A DNA stretch of 64,000 nt from Pseudomonadota bacterium (GCA_018241725.1 JAFEDI010000129.1:29774-93773), one strand, 5' to 3'; positions 28,910-38,882 are shown, counted from the stretch's first letter. Made by a program: numbers and translations. Notes: a model not told the origin generated them from the sequence alone.

Positions 28910-29706
28910 GCGAACAACATCAGGCGCGCAAGCGCTTCGGCCAGAACTTCCTGTCCGACCCCAACATCATCCGCAAGATCATCGAGGCGATCCGTCCGGT
29001 TGAAGGTGACCGCATGGTCGAGATCGGCCCCGGCCTCGGCGCGATGACCGAGCCGCTGATGGACCGCCTCGGCCACCTGCACGTGGTGGAGATCGACCGC
29101 GACCTGATCGCCCGCCTGAAGACGACCCACTCGCCGGAGCGCCTGACGATCCACGAGGGCGACGCCCTCAAGTTCGATTTCGGCAGCCTGGTGCCCGACG
29201 GTGCGCCGCTGCGGGTGGTCGGCAATCTGCCCTACAACATCTCCACCCCGATCCTGTTCCACCTGGCCGAGTTCGCCGACAAGGTGAAGGACATGACCTT
29301 CATGCTGCAGAAGGAAGTGGTGATGCGCATGGTCGGCGAGCCGGGCACCGAAGAATACGGGCGCCTGTCGGTGATGCTGCAGTATCGCTTCAACATGGGG
29401 CGCGTGTTCGACGTGCCGCCCGGCGCCTTCCGCCCGGCACCGAAGGTGATGTCGAGCATCGTGCGCATGGTGCCGCGGCCAGCCGCGGAATGCACGGCGG
29501 CCGACTACGCGCTGCTCGGCAAGATCGTCACCGCCGCCTTCGGTCAGCGCCGCAAGACGCTGCGCAACACGCTGCGGGATTACCTCGGCGAGGATGACTA
29601 CACTGCGCTCGGCATTGATCCTGGCCTGCGTGGCGAGAAGCTCGGTGTGGATGAGTTCGTGCGCATCGCCAACCACGTGGCGGCACGTGGCGGGGCTGCC
29701 GCTTGA
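28906..29706 (+). CDS. rsmA: 16S rRNA (adenine1518/1519-N6)-dimethyltransferase
   Basis: Start ATG 28906 ([16 protein letters not shown]). SAM motif [11 protein letters not shown] and NLPYNIS. Confidence 0.9.
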   Translation: MSEQHQARKRFGQNFLSDPNIIRKIIEAIRPVEGDRMVEIGPGLGAMTEPLMDRLGHLHVVEIDRDLIARLKTTHSPERLTIHEGDALKFDFGSLVPDGAPLRVVGNLPYNISTPILFHLAEFADKVKDMTFMLQKEVVMRMVGEPGTEEYGRLSVMLQYRFNMGRVFDVPPGAFRPAPKVMSSIVRMVPRPAAECTAADYALLGKIVTAAFGQRRKTLRNTLRDYLGEDDYTALGIDPGLRGEKLGVDEFVRIANHVAARGGAAA

Positions 29707-29725
29707 GCGCGGAAGGGCGGGCATG

Positions 29726-29754
29726 AAAAAACCCGGCGGAGAGCCGGGTTTTTT
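29726..29754. terminator. bidirectional intrinsic terminator between convergent rsmA and DUF2892 gene
   Basis: AAAAAA-CCCGGC-GGAGA-GCCGGG-TTTTTT. Confidence 0.8.
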
Positions 29755-29775
29755 CATGGTACGGCGGCGTGCGGA

Positions 29776-29967
29776 TCAGTCCTTCTTCATCGGACAAGTG
29801 TTGATGCCGATCAGCGTGTAGGCCGGGCAGAAACCGATCAGCCCGGTGGCGATCGGAATCAGGCCGATCCACGCCCAAACCGGGCCGCCGAGGGCCGCCC
29901 ATGCCACCAGCGCGGCGCCGCCGCCGACGCGCACGATCCTGTCGAGATTGCCTTCGTTTCGTTTCAT
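29776..29967 (-). CDS. small two-TM membrane protein, DUF2892/YgaP-like
   Basis: 63 aa from ATG 29967, preceded by a strong SD (AAGGAGG). Two hydrophobic helices and a GFCPAY motif. The family call is from memory. Confidence 0.65.
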   Translation of the reverse strand: MKRNEGNLDRIVRVGGGAALVAWAALGGPVWAWIGLIPIATGLIGFCPAYTLIGINTCPMKKD

Positions 29968-30030
29968 GATAGCCTCCTTGGCCGCTTCATTCGGGTGTTC
30001 GTATTTCACCAGCATTTTGCGACGGGCGTC

Positions 30031-30046
30031 TGTAACCTTGGTTACA
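30031..30046. promoter_or_regulatory. perfect 16-bp palindrome TGTAACCTTGGTTACA (Crp/Fnr-type TGTNA-N6-TNACA geometry)
   Basis: Read directly. Lies between the stop of the Crp/Fnr-family gene (30061) and the DUF2892 start (29967), 64-79 nt upstream of that ATG. Confidence 0.4.
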
Positions 30047-30060
30047 CAGCCTGCCTGCCG

Positions 30061-30720
30061 TCAGCCCGCCGCCACGCGGCGCAGGCCGGCGGGATCCAGG
30101 ATGTCCACCTGTTCGCGGGACAGGGCGACGAGCCCTTGTTCGGCGAAGCCTTTCAACAGGCGGCTGACGATCTCCCGCACGCTACCCAGTTCGTCGGCCA
30201 GCTGCTGGTGGGTGACATGCAGGCGTTGTCCCTTGCCGAGCAGCAGCGCGGCGAGGCGCTGGTCGAGCTTGCGGAAGGCGACTTCCTCGATCAGCTGCAT
30301 CAGATCGGCAATGCGTTCGGAGAACAGCTGGAAGATGAAATCGCGGAAGGCTGCCTCGCCGAGCAGGGCCTGGAAATCGGCATTCGGCAGGAGCAGCAGA
30401 CGCGTCTCCGTCTCGGCGATGCCGCGGGCGTTGTAAGGTGCGTGGCCGAGCAGGCAGGCCGACGAGATGATGCAGGTTTCGCCCGGCGTGACCCGGTACA
30501 GCGGCAGTTCCCGCCCGTTGGGGGCGGCCTTGACGACCCGAAGGCTGCCCGATAGCACGAAGGGGAAGCCCTGGCAGGCCTGCAACTCGTCGAAGACGAC
30601 GGCCCCGGCCGGCACGCTGACGACCTGGGCGTGCTGTTGCAGGCGCTGGTTGGCGGCGGCCGGCAGCGCCGCCAGCACCGGGTAGAGGGCGTTCAGCGCG
30701 TTGTCGGCGTTGTCCGTCAT
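30061..30720 (-). CDS. Crp/Fnr-family transcriptional regulator
   Basis: About 219 aa from ATG 30720, which overlaps the xthA stop (ATGA). cNMP-binding-type beta-barrel and a C-terminal HTH (QQLADELGSVREIVSRLLK). There is no N-terminal Cys cluster, so it is not a classical Fnr. Confidence 0.8.
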   Translation of the reverse strand: MTDNADNALNALYPVLAALPAAANQRLQQHAQVVSVPAGAVVFDELQACQGFPFVLSGSLRVVKAAPNGRELPLYRVTPGETCIISSACLLGHAPYNARGIAETETRLLLLPNADFQALLGEAAFRDFIFQLFSERIADLMQLIEEVAFRKLDQRLAALLLGKGQRLHVTHQQLADELGSVREIVSRLLKGFAEQGLVALSREQVDILDPAGLRRVAAG

Positions 30721-31475
30721 GCCAGTTCGACGACCACCGGCGCATGATCGGACGGGCGCTCCAGCTTGCGCGGCGCCTTGTCGGTGAAGCAGGCGGTACA
30801 TTTTTCCACCAGCGGCTGGGACACCAGCAGGTGGTCGATGCGCAGGCCGAAATTGCGGCGAAAGGCGCCCATGCGGTAATCCCACCAGGAGAAGCTCTTC
30901 TCGGGCTGCTCGAAGAGGCGGAAGGCGTCGGTGAGACCAATGTCCAGCAGGGCCTTGAAGGCGTCCCGCTCAGGCACCGACACGTGGATCTCGTCCTTCC
31001 AGTCCGGGTGGGCGTCCCGGTCTTCCGGCGCAATGTTGTAGTCGCCGCCGAGCACCAGTTGCGGTGTGGCTTGCAGCTCCGTCTTCAGCCAGGCGGTCAG
31101 CGCCTCCAGCCAGGCCAGCTTGTAGACGAACTTGTCGGAGCCGACTGCCTGCCCGTTGGGGAAGTAGCCGCACACGATGCGGACGCCGTCCAGGGTGCCG
31201 GCGATGATGCGCTTCTGCTCGTCGGCGAAACCGGGGATGTCCAGCGTGACGTTCTCCAGCGGCTTGCGCGTGAGGATGGCCACGCCGTTGTAGGTTTTCT
31301 GGCCGTTGAAGACGGCTTGGTAGCCGGCCGCTTCTATCTCTGCCAGAGGAAAGGCCTTGTTTTCGCACTTGAGCTCCTGCAGGCACAGGGCATCGGGCTG
31401 GTTTGCGGCCAGCCAGTCGACGACGTGGGGGAGGCGGACCTTGAGGGAGTTGACGTTCCAGGTGGCGATCTTCAT
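30717..31475 (-). CDS. xthA: exodeoxyribonuclease III
   Basis: Start ATG 31475 (MKIATWNVNSLKVRL). ExoIII/AP-endonuclease motifs (CLQELK, GDYNIAP, WWDYR, LRIDHLL). Confidence 0.9.
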   Translation of the reverse strand: MKIATWNVNSLKVRLPHVVDWLAANQPDALCLQELKCENKAFPLAEIEAAGYQAVFNGQKTYNGVAILTRKPLENVTLDIPGFADEQKRIIAGTLDGVRIVCGYFPNGQAVGSDKFVYKLAWLEALTAWLKTELQATPQLVLGGDYNIAPEDRDAHPDWKDEIHVSVPERDAFKALLDIGLTDAFRLFEQPEKSFSWWDYRMGAFRRNFGLRIDHLLVSQPLVEKCTACFTDKAPRKLERPSDHAPVVVELA

Positions 31476-31624
31476 GGGGGCTTGAAATCCAGTATTGGCG
31501 CGGTGTCGGTGCGCTGGATGCGCTCTTGGCTGCACACCTGGCGACTCACCGCTGATGGGTTTGCCGTGATTGTGCCAGTGACAGGGGCCTTAGCGCTTGC
31601 CGATCCATGCGGGGAGGGGGGAGA

Positions 31625-32803
31625 TCAGGCGGCTGGGCGGTGAAGGCCGAGCCAGGCCACGATGCCGGCGGCGCTGAGGACCACGCCGACCGTGACGACG
31701 CCGGACCAGCCGGCAATGCCGTAGGCCTGGGCCGAGGCGAGCGAGCCGAGCGCGCCGCCGATGAAATAGCTGGTCATGTAGGCGGCGGTGAGGCGATTGC
31801 GCGCATCCGGACGGATCCGGTAGATCGCTCCCTGGTTACTCACATGGACGCCCTGGACGGCCCAGTCGAGCAGCAGAATGCCGACCATCAGACTCATCAG
31901 GCCGTGTTCGGCGGCCAGGCCCAGCGGCACCCAGGACAGCAGCAGCATGCAGAGCGCCAGCAGGGTTGCGATCTCCCCGCGCCCCGAGTCGGCCAGACGG
32001 CCGGCGAGCGGGGCGGCGAGGGCTCCTGCCGCCCCGGCAAGGCCGAAGAGACCGATGGTGGCCGGGGCGTAGCCGAAGGGCGGTGCGCTCAGGAAAAAGG
32101 CCATCGAGGTCCACAGCACGCTGAAGTTGGCAAAGGACAGGGCGCCGAGCACGGCCCGGCGACGCAGCACCGCTTCTTCGCGGAAGAGCTGGAGCACCGA
32201 CAGGAGCAGGCGCGGATAGGGAAGATCCACGCTGCCGCTGCCGCCGGGCAGGTGCCGGGCCAGCACGATGGCGATGGCAAGCATGGCCAGGGCGCCGGCG
32301 AAATAGACGGTGCGCCAGTCGCCGAGCCCCGTCAGCAGCCCGGCGATCGTGCGGGCGAGCAGGATGCCCAGCAGCAGGCCGCTCATCACCGTGCCGACGA
32401 TCTTGCCGCGCTGGGCGGGCTCCGCCAGCGCGGCGGCGAGGGGAACCAGGATCTGGGCCACCACCGAACACAGGCCGGCGATGGCGGTGCCGACGAGCAG
32501 CATGGTGAGTCCAGGTGCCAGGCCGTTGATCAGCAGGCCGCCGGCCGCCAGCAGGCTCATGGCGACGATCAGGCGGCGGCGGTCCACGAGATCGCCGAGG
32601 GGCACGATCAGCAGCAGACCCAGGGCATAGCCGAGCTGGGCGGTCGTGACGATGGCGCCGGCCGCGCCGCTGTCCAGGTGCAGGTCGTCGGCGATGGCGG
32701 GCAGCAGGGGCTGTGCGTAGTAGTTACAGGCCACGGCCAGCCCGGTGGCGATGGCCATGAGGCGCACCAGACCGGGTGTCAGGGCTTGAGTGTGGGGGGG
32801 CAT
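31625..32803 (-). CDS. MFS transporter
   Basis: 392 aa with about 12 predicted TM helices and the MFS loop motif (LGDLVDRRR). Confidence 0.85.
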   Translation of the reverse strand: MPPHTQALTPGLVRLMAIATGLAVACNYYAQPLLPAIADDLHLDSGAAGAIVTTAQLGYALGLLLIVPLGDLVDRRRLIVAMSLLAAGGLLINGLAPGLTMLLVGTAIAGLCSVVAQILVPLAAALAEPAQRGKIVGTVMSGLLLGILLARTIAGLLTGLGDWRTVYFAGALAMLAIAIVLARHLPGGSGSVDLPYPRLLLSVLQLFREEAVLRRRAVLGALSFANFSVLWTSMAFFLSAPPFGYAPATIGLFGLAGAAGALAAPLAGRLADSGRGEIATLLALCMLLLSWVPLGLAAEHGLMSLMVGILLLDWAVQGVHVSNQGAIYRIRPDARNRLTAAYMTSYFIGGALGSLASAQAYGIAGWSGVVTVGVVLSAAGIVAWLGLHRPAA

Positions 32804-32896
32804 CGGGGGCTCTCCGGCAGGGGGTCCGGGGTGTCTGCCCCGGATCGGTTGGGATCAACGTTCGGAGGACAGTATCGGCAAGGCGGATTGATCATT

Positions 32897-32917
32897 CCAA
32901 TGTATTGTTGGCATTGG
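32897..32917. promoter_or_regulatory. dyad CCAATG-N9-CATTGG in the divergent MFS/LysR promoter region
   Basis: Read directly. AT-richer patch 27-47 nt upstream of the LysR ATG (32944). Candidate LysR-type operator. Confidence 0.3.
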
Positions 32918-32943
32918 TTTGATCGTGAAAGGAGATTGTTGAG

Positions 32944-33828
32944 ATGAACCTGCGGCAGATCGATTTCGTGCTGGCCCTTGCCGAGGAAGGCAATTTCACG
33001 CGGGCCGCAGCCCGTTGCCATACTGTCCAGTCGGCCTTCAGCCACCAGGTGGCCCGTCTTGAGGAAGAGTTCGGCTCCCGGCTGTTCGAACGCTCGTCAC
33101 GGCGGGTCTCCCTGACGGCGGCGGGTCGGACTTTCGTTGCCCATGCCCGCGAGGTGCAGGAGGCGACCCGCCGCCTGCAGGACGAGATGGCCGCGGCGAC
33201 GGGCGAGATCCGCGGCACACTGACCGTCGGGACCATCTCGACCCTCACCGTGGCCAATCTGCCGGCCTTGCTGGCCGAATTCCATCGCCGCCATCCCCGC
33301 GTCGATATCCGTCTCCACATCGGGATGAGCGATGCGCTGCTCGATGAGCTACGCGGCCAGCAGACCGATGCGGCCTTTATCGGGGTGTGGCCCGGCGAGC
33401 CGGTGGCGGGAGTGTCGGCGCGTCTCCTCAGCGAAGAGTGCCTGGTCGCTATCCTGCATCCGGATCATCCGCTGGCCGGGCGAAGCAGCCTGGGCCTGGG
33501 GGAACTGGCCGGGCATACGCTGGTGGACTATCAGGCCGGCACCGGGCCGCGGCAGCAGACCGATGCGGCATTCCGGGCAGCCGGTATCGAGCGGCGCGTG
33601 GCCTTCGAGGTCAACCATGCGGAGCTGCTCGAGCAGATCGTTCGCCAGGGCCTGGCCATCGGCTTGGTGCCCGAACAGTCGGCGCTAGGCTACGCCGGGC
33701 TGCTCAGGGTCCGCATTGAGGAGGCGCCGCAGCGCAAGGTCTACTTTGCCTGGAGCCGCAACCCCACGCCGGCCGCGGCAGCCTTCCAGGCATTGGTGCT
33801 GGGGGGCGACGCAGCGCAGGGGAGCTGA
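32944..33828 (+). CDS. LysR-family transcriptional regulator
   Basis: 294 aa. N-terminal wHTH MNLRQIDFVLALAEEGNFTRAAARCHTVQSAFSHQVARLEEEFG, SD AAAGGAG upstream, divergent from the MFS gene. Confidence 0.9.
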   Translation: MNLRQIDFVLALAEEGNFTRAAARCHTVQSAFSHQVARLEEEFGSRLFERSSRRVSLTAAGRTFVAHAREVQEATRRLQDEMAAATGEIRGTLTVGTISTLTVANLPALLAEFHRRHPRVDIRLHIGMSDALLDELRGQQTDAAFIGVWPGEPVAGVSARLLSEECLVAILHPDHPLAGRSSLGLGELAGHTLVDYQAGTGPRQQTDAAFRAAGIERRVAFEVNHAELLEQIVRQGLAIGLVPEQSALGYAGLLRVRIEEAPQRKVYFAWSRNPTPAAAAFQALVLGGDAAQGS

Positions 33829-33860
33829 AGCGTGCTGCGGCCGGGGCGGATCAGGGCCGA

Positions 33861-34226
33861 TCAGGCCCCGCTGCGGGCTGTATACCAGGCCCGTAAGAAC
33901 TCCTCGGTGGCGCCGTAGGCGAACTCGTCGGATGCTTCGATGCCGGCGTCCTGCAGGCGCTTCTTGGGGCCGTCGCCAACCTTGGCGACGAGCAGGCCGG
34001 CACAGTCGGAGAGAGCGCGGATGATCACTTCGCGTTTGTCCTCGTCGCCGAAGCCGCCCTGGCAATAGTGTTCGACAATGCGCTTTTCGATGAAGCGGAT
34101 GCCATCTTTGTCGACTTCGTACACATGGAAGTCGTCGGCATGGCCGAAGTGCAGGTCCACCTGGCCATGGCCCTTGGTGGCAACGGCGATCTTGATAGCG
34201 GCGGATTGGGTGGGCGTGTCGGTCAT
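33861..34226 (-). CDS. NifB/NifX-family (dinitrogenase FeMo-cofactor-binding fold) protein
   Basis: 121 aa. IAVATKGHGQVDLHFGHADDFHVYEV...LLVAKVGDGPKKRLQDAGIE matches the NifX/NifB C-terminal-like fold as I remember it. No other nif genes are in the window. Confidence 0.6.
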   Translation of the reverse strand: MTDTPTQSAAIKIAVATKGHGQVDLHFGHADDFHVYEVDKDGIRFIEKRIVEHYCQGGFGDEDKREVIIRALSDCAGLLVAKVGDGPKKRLQDAGIEASDEFAYGATEEFLRAWYTARSGA

Positions 34227-34303
34227 GGAGGCCTCGCTGAATGTCGGTGAAGGCCCCGCGACTGCGGGGCCGTTACCGGAAAATCAAGCGAGGTCCATGC
34301 CAG

Positions 34304-34780
34304 TCAACGCTTGCCGGATGGATAGCCGGCCCGATCGAGGGCACCGTTCCAGGCGGCCTCGGCAAAGCCGGCTTCCAGTTCGCGGCCGACGGTCATGCTT
34401 GGTACGAAAGGCTCTTTCCCGAAACGGCTTTTGAAGGCCGCAAGCTCGGCTTCCGTCTGAATCAGGGTTTCCGAAAACGGCACGCCGCGTTTGTTGAGGA
34501 GTGCCCGTGCGTTGTCGCAGGCCTGGTCGCAGTCCTTGCCCACATAGAGGGTTACCGGAAAATCGGCGGCCGCCTTGCGCGTGGCGTAGGGAAGCTGGGG
34601 ACCGGCTGCGGCGCGGTTGGCCTGCAGCTTGCGCTCGTCGAACTTCTTCACCGACTGGGGCGGCGGCTGGTCGCTGTACTGCACGCGCCCTTTTTCGTCC
34701 ACCCAGCGGTAGGCGTTCTGGGCTGCAGCCGGCAGCGCGGCGGCCAGCAGCAACAGGCCGAACAGCCGCCGGGCCGTCAT
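34304..34780 (-). CDS. secreted DUF4124 + glutaredoxin-like domain protein
   Basis: 158 aa from ATG 34780, which overlaps the prlC stop (ATGA). Signal peptide MTARRLFGLLLLAAALPAAAQ, DUF4124-like YRWVDEKGRVQYSDQPP, and a thioredoxin-fold-like VTLYVGKDCDQACDNARALLNKRGVPF. The longer ORF-track version (to 35500) overlaps prlC in another frame. Confidence 0.65.
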   Translation of the reverse strand: MTARRLFGLLLLAAALPAAAQNAYRWVDEKGRVQYSDQPPPQSVKKFDERKLQANRAAAGPQLPYATRKAAADFPVTLYVGKDCDQACDNARALLNKRGVPFSETLIQTEAELAAFKSRFGKEPFVPSMTVGRELEAGFAEAAWNGALDRAGYPSGKR

Positions 34781-36846
34781 GCCGGCACCATGCCGCTGTG
34801 GCGCAGCAGGGCGTCCACCTGCGGTTCGCGGCCACGGAAGGCCTTGAAGGAGTCGAGCGCCGGGCGGCTGCCGCCGACGGCGAGGATCTCGTTCCAGAAG
34901 CGCTCGCCGGTCTGGGCGTCGAGCACGCTGCCCTTCGGGCGGCCTTCTTCTTCGAAGGCGGCGAAGGCGTCGGCAGACAGCACCTCGGCCCACTTGTAGC
35001 TGTAGTAGCCAGCTGCATAGCCGCCGGCAAAGATGTGGCTGAAGCTGTTGGGGAAGCGGTGCCAGGCCGGCGGCACCAGCACGGCGACTTCCTTGCGCAC
35101 CTCGGCGAGCAGGTCCATGACGTCCCGTTTGGCCGGGTCGAAGTCCATGTGGATCTGCAGGTCGAACAGGGAGAACTCCAGCTGGCGTACGGTCTGCATG
35201 CCGCTCTGGAAGTTCTTGGCGGCCAGCATCTTGTCGAACAGCTCCTTCGGCAGCGGGGCGCCGGTTTCGCTGTGCGCGGTCATTTCGCGGACCACGTCCC
35301 ATTCCCAGCAGAAGTTCTCCATGAACTGGCTGGGCAGCTCGACCGCATCCCACTCGACGCCGTGGATGCCGGATACCGCGAGGTCGTCCACCTTGGTGAG
35401 GAGGTGGTGCAGGCCGTGGCCGCTCTCGTGGAACAGGGTGATCACGTCGTCGTGGCTGAAGGTGGCCGGCTTGCCGCCCACCGGGCCGGGGAAGTTGCAC
35501 ACCAGGTAGGCCACCGGCGTTTCGATGCCGCTGGCCAGGCGCCGGCGGGTGATTGCCGAATCCATCCAGGCGCCGCCCTTCTTGGTGTCGCGGGCGTAGA
35601 GGTCGAGGTAGAACTGGCCGACCAGCTGGCCGTCACGCTCGATGCGGAAGAAGCGCACGTCCGGGTGCCACACCGGGCCGGTGTCGGGCTTGATGCTGAC
35701 CCGGTAGAGCTTCTGGACCACGCCGAACAGGCCGTCGAGCACCTTGGGTTCGGGCAGGTATTCCTTCACCTCCTGCTCGGAGAACGCGTACTGGGCGACG
35801 CGCAGCTTCTCGGAGGCGTAGCCCACGTCCCACGGTTCGAGCGGGTCGAGGCCCAGCTGGTCCTTGGCGAAGGTCTTCAGTTCGGCCAGATCGCGTTCGG
35901 CGAAGGGCTTGGCCTTGGCGGCCAGCTCGCGCAGGAAGCCCAGGACCTGCTCCGGCGTGTCGGCCATCTTGGGTACCAGCGACACCTCGGCGTAGTTCTT
36001 GTAGCCTAGCAGTGCGGCCTCTTCGGTGCGTAGGGCGAGGATCTGGCTGATCAGTGGGCCGTTGTTCCATTCGGCCTTGCTGTAGCCATTGTCGATCTCG
36101 GCGGCGCGGGTGGCGTAGGCGCGGTAGAGGGTTTCGCGCAGGACCCGGTTGTCGGCATACTGCATCACCGGCAGATAGGACGGCATTTTGAGGCCGAACT
36201 TCCAGCCAGTGCTGCCGGCTTTGTCGGCGGCCTCCCGGGCTGCGGCGATGACGTCGTCGGGCAGGCCGGCCAGCTCGGCCTCGTCGGTGACGATGTGGGC
36301 GAAGGCATTGGTGGCGTCGAGCAGGTTCTCGGAGAACTTGGCGCCGAGGCCGGCGAGTTCTTCCTGGATAGCCTGGAAGCGCGGTTTCTGTTCGTCCGGC
36401 AGTTCTGCCCCGGACAGGCGGAAGCCGCGCAGCTCATTGTCGATGATGCGCTGGCGGGCCGGGCTCAACGTAGCGAACTCGGGGCCGTTCTTGATGGCCT
36501 TATACTTCTGGAAGAGCTTGAGGTTTTGCCCCAGTTCGGCATAAAAGCGGGTGACCTCCGGCAGCATCGCGTTGTAGGCTTCACGCCATTCGGGGGTATC
36601 CATGACGCTGTGCATGTGCGCGGCAACGCCCCAGGCACGGCCGAGGCGTTCGCCTTCGTTCTCGATGGGTTCGACGAAGTTGGCCCAGGTGGGCACGGCG
36701 GGATCGTCCTGGAGGCGTTCGACGGTGGTGCGCAGGGCATCCAGCAGGCTGCGGACAGCGGGCTCCACATGCGCCGGCTCGATCGCATCGAAGCGTGGCA
36801 GGCCGGAGAGTTCGAGCAGGGGCGAGGTGGCTGGGGTGTTGGTCAT
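34777..36846 (-). CDS. prlC: oligopeptidase A (M3 family)
   Basis: 689 aa with zinc motif FHESGHGLHH and overall M3A length. Confidence 0.9.
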   Translation of the reverse strand: MTNTPATSPLLELSGLPRFDAIEPAHVEPAVRSLLDALRTTVERLQDDPAVPTWANFVEPIENEGERLGRAWGVAAHMHSVMDTPEWREAYNAMLPEVTRFYAELGQNLKLFQKYKAIKNGPEFATLSPARQRIIDNELRGFRLSGAELPDEQKPRFQAIQEELAGLGAKFSENLLDATNAFAHIVTDEAELAGLPDDVIAAAREAADKAGSTGWKFGLKMPSYLPVMQYADNRVLRETLYRAYATRAAEIDNGYSKAEWNNGPLISQILALRTEEAALLGYKNYAEVSLVPKMADTPEQVLGFLRELAAKAKPFAERDLAELKTFAKDQLGLDPLEPWDVGYASEKLRVAQYAFSEQEVKEYLPEPKVLDGLFGVVQKLYRVSIKPDTGPVWHPDVRFFRIERDGQLVGQFYLDLYARDTKKGGAWMDSAITRRRLASGIETPVAYLVCNFPGPVGGKPATFSHDDVITLFHESGHGLHHLLTKVDDLAVSGIHGVEWDAVELPSQFMENFCWEWDVVREMTAHSETGAPLPKELFDKMLAAKNFQSGMQTVRQLEFSLFDLQIHMDFDPAKRDVMDLLAEVRKEVAVLVPPAWHRFPNSFSHIFAGGYAAGYYSYKWAEVLSADAFAAFEEEGRPKGSVLDAQTGERFWNEILAVGGSRPALDSFKAFRGREPQVDALLRHSGMVPA

Positions 36847-36953
36847 GTTCTTCGGGTGATCGGTTGAGTGGTTTTATTGTGCCGAATTCTGCACGGAGTG
36901 TCGCCCTTCCTTGGCGGCAGGTGTGGAGCGGCCGGTTTGAAGGGGAACAAGCT

Positions 36954-37826
36954 GTGAGCGACAAGGCATTGAATCTGGCGGAGCAGGCGTTCCTGCATAC
37001 CGTCACCAAGGAGCTGGAGGAGGGGGAGCTGCGCTTCCCGACCTCGATGGAAGTCACGATGCGGGTGCTCGAAGCCCTCGACGTGCCCGACATGGAGGTG
37101 TCGAAGATCTCCGCGATGGTGTCGGCCGAGCCCCTGCTGGCGGCGCGGACCGTGGCCCTCGCGAATTCGGTCTGGTACAACCCCGGCGGGCGCTTGGTGA
37201 CCGATGTACCGAAGGCGCTGGTACGCATCGGTTTCGGCAAGCTACGGGCGCTGGCGATGGCGGTGGCGGCAGAGCAATTGCTGCACCGGGAGCTCCTCGG
37301 GCCGTACCAGCCGCTGATCCGCAAGCTGTGGGCGCACAGTGTGGATGTGGCGGCGACGGCCTGCGTGCTGGCGCGTCGGTGCACCCGGCTCGATCCGGAT
37401 GCCGCCTTCTTTGCCGGCATGGTGCATGACATCGGGCAGTTCTTCCTGCTGGCACGGGTGTGGGAATACCCGGAGATGCTCAGCGACGAAAGCCCCCTGT
37501 CGGATCTGGTGCGAATCTGGCATGCGCCGGTCGGGCGGGCTGTGCTGGCGGCGATGAACATGCCGCGGGAACTGGTGGATGCGGTCGACAATCCCGAGCT
37601 TTATGGTGGCTCCTGGCCTCCGGGTACGATTCCGGACCTGATCTTCATTGCCAACCTGGTTGCCGAGACGCGGAATCCCTTCACTCCGGAAACGGAAACC
37701 GAGAATCTGCGTCATGGGCTGGCCAAGGCAGCGACGCTGGGGCTGGACGAGGCCAAGCTGGCAGAGGTGCTGGAAGAGTCGGCGGAAGAGCGCAAGGCGC
37801 TGATCGACATCTTCCACGTCGGCTGA
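36954..37826 (+). CDS. HDOD domain-containing signalling protein
   Basis: HDOD-like core (ISAMVSAEPLLAARTVALANSVWYN..., MVHDIGQFFLL). The start is uncertain. GTG 36954 avoids the overlap with divergent prlC that the ORF-track start 36795 creates. Confidence 0.7.
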   Translation: MSDKALNLAEQAFLHTVTKELEEGELRFPTSMEVTMRVLEALDVPDMEVSKISAMVSAEPLLAARTVALANSVWYNPGGRLVTDVPKALVRIGFGKLRALAMAVAAEQLLHRELLGPYQPLIRKLWAHSVDVAATACVLARRCTRLDPDAAFFAGMVHDIGQFFLLARVWEYPEMLSDESPLSDLVRIWHAPVGRAVLAAMNMPRELVDAVDNPELYGGSWPPGTIPDLIFIANLVAETRNPFTPETETENLRHGLAKAATLGLDEAKLAEVLEESAEERKALIDIFHVG

Positions 37827-37949
37827 GGGGCTCAGAAACGACACAACCCGCCGGGGCGGGTTGTGGGCGGGCGCACTGCTTGCGCAGGTGCCATTGGTGT
37901 TGCCGCCAATCGCGGGGCGAATCTGGTCGCCCCACCATGGCGCGTCGGC

Positions 37950-38882
37950 TTACAGCGTGTTGCCGGTCAGCTTCTCGTAGGCTTCCACGTACTTGGCCGC
38001 GGTGCGGGCGACGACTTCTTCCGGCAGCTTGGGGCCTGGGGCGACCTTGCCCCAGTCGAGGGTTTCCAGGTAGTCGCGCACGTACTGCTTGTCGTAGCTC
38101 GGCGGGCTGATGCCTTCAGCGTAGCTGTCGGCGGGCCAGAAGCGCGAGGAGTCGGGCGTCAGCGCCTCGTCGATGAGATGCAGCGTGCCGGCGGCGTCGA
38201 TGCCGAACTCGAACTTGGTGTCGGCGATGATGATGCCGCGGGTGGCGGCGTAGTCGGCGGCCTCGGTGTACAGGCGGATCGCTGCGTCGCGGGCTTCGGC
38301 CACCAGCTGGGCGCCGGTCTTGCCGGTGCCCTTGAGGGCGTCGGCGAGCAGCGCGTCGGTGCGGGCCTGGGCCTGTTCGAAGCTGATGTTCTCGTCGTGG
38401 TCACCCACGTCGGCCTTGCTGGCCGGCGTGAAGATCGGGAACGGCAGCTTCTGGGCCTGCTTGAGGCCGGCCGGCAGCTCGATGCCGCAGATGGCGCCGG
38501 TGTCCTGATAGTCCTTCCAGCCGGAACCGATCACGTAGCCGCGCACCACTGCCTCGATGGGCAGCGGGGTGAGGCGCTTGACGACCAGGGCACGGCCGCG
38601 CACCTGCTCGGCTTCGTCGGCCGCGACGACGCTGGCCGGGTCGATGCCGGTGAGCTGGTTCGGGACGATGTGACCGAGCCGGGCGAACCAAAAGTTGGCC
38701 ATGGCGGTGAGCACTTCGCCCTTGCGGGGAATGGGATCCGGCAGGATCACGTCGAAGGCCGACAGACGGTCGGAGGTGACGATGAGCAGCTTGTCGGCGT
38801 CGATGGCGTAGATGTCGCGCACCTTGCCGCGGCCCAGCAGGGGCAGGCTGCGGATGGAGGATTCGAAGAGCGGAGTGGTCAC
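37950..38882 (-). CDS. purC: phosphoribosylaminoimidazole-succinocarboxamide synthase (long form)
   Basis: 310 aa with [15 protein letters not shown] and the typical SAICAR synthetase layout. Confidence 0.9.
   Translation of the reverse strand: MTTPLFESSIRSLPLLGRGKVRDIYAIDADKLLIVTSDRLSAFDVILPDPIPRKGEVLTAMANFWFARLGHIVPNQLTGIDPASVVAADEAEQVRGRALVVKRLTPLPIEAVVRGYVIGSGWKDYQDTGAICGIELPAGLKQAQKLPFPIFTPASKADVGDHDENISFEQAQARTDALLADALKGTGKTGAQLVAEARDAAIRLYTEAADYAATRGIIIADTKFEFGIDAAGTLHLIDEALTPDSSRFWPADSYAEGISPPSYDKQYVRDYLETLDWGKVAPGPKLPEEVVARTAAKYVEAYEKLTGNTL

Noticed and set aside
30030-30049. Reading the palindrome at 30031 as a LexA box because it starts with CTGT
   Set aside because: CTGT is followed after 8 nt by TTAC, not ACAG. 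The symmetry is TGTAA-N6-TTACA, which is Crp-family-like rather than SOS-like.
34781-35500. N-terminal 240 codons of the 398-aa ORF 34304-35500
   Set aside because: This part overlaps prlC in another frame and is Arg/Pro/Gly-rich. Only the last 158 codons, starting at the ATGA overlap with prlC, look like a real secreted protein.
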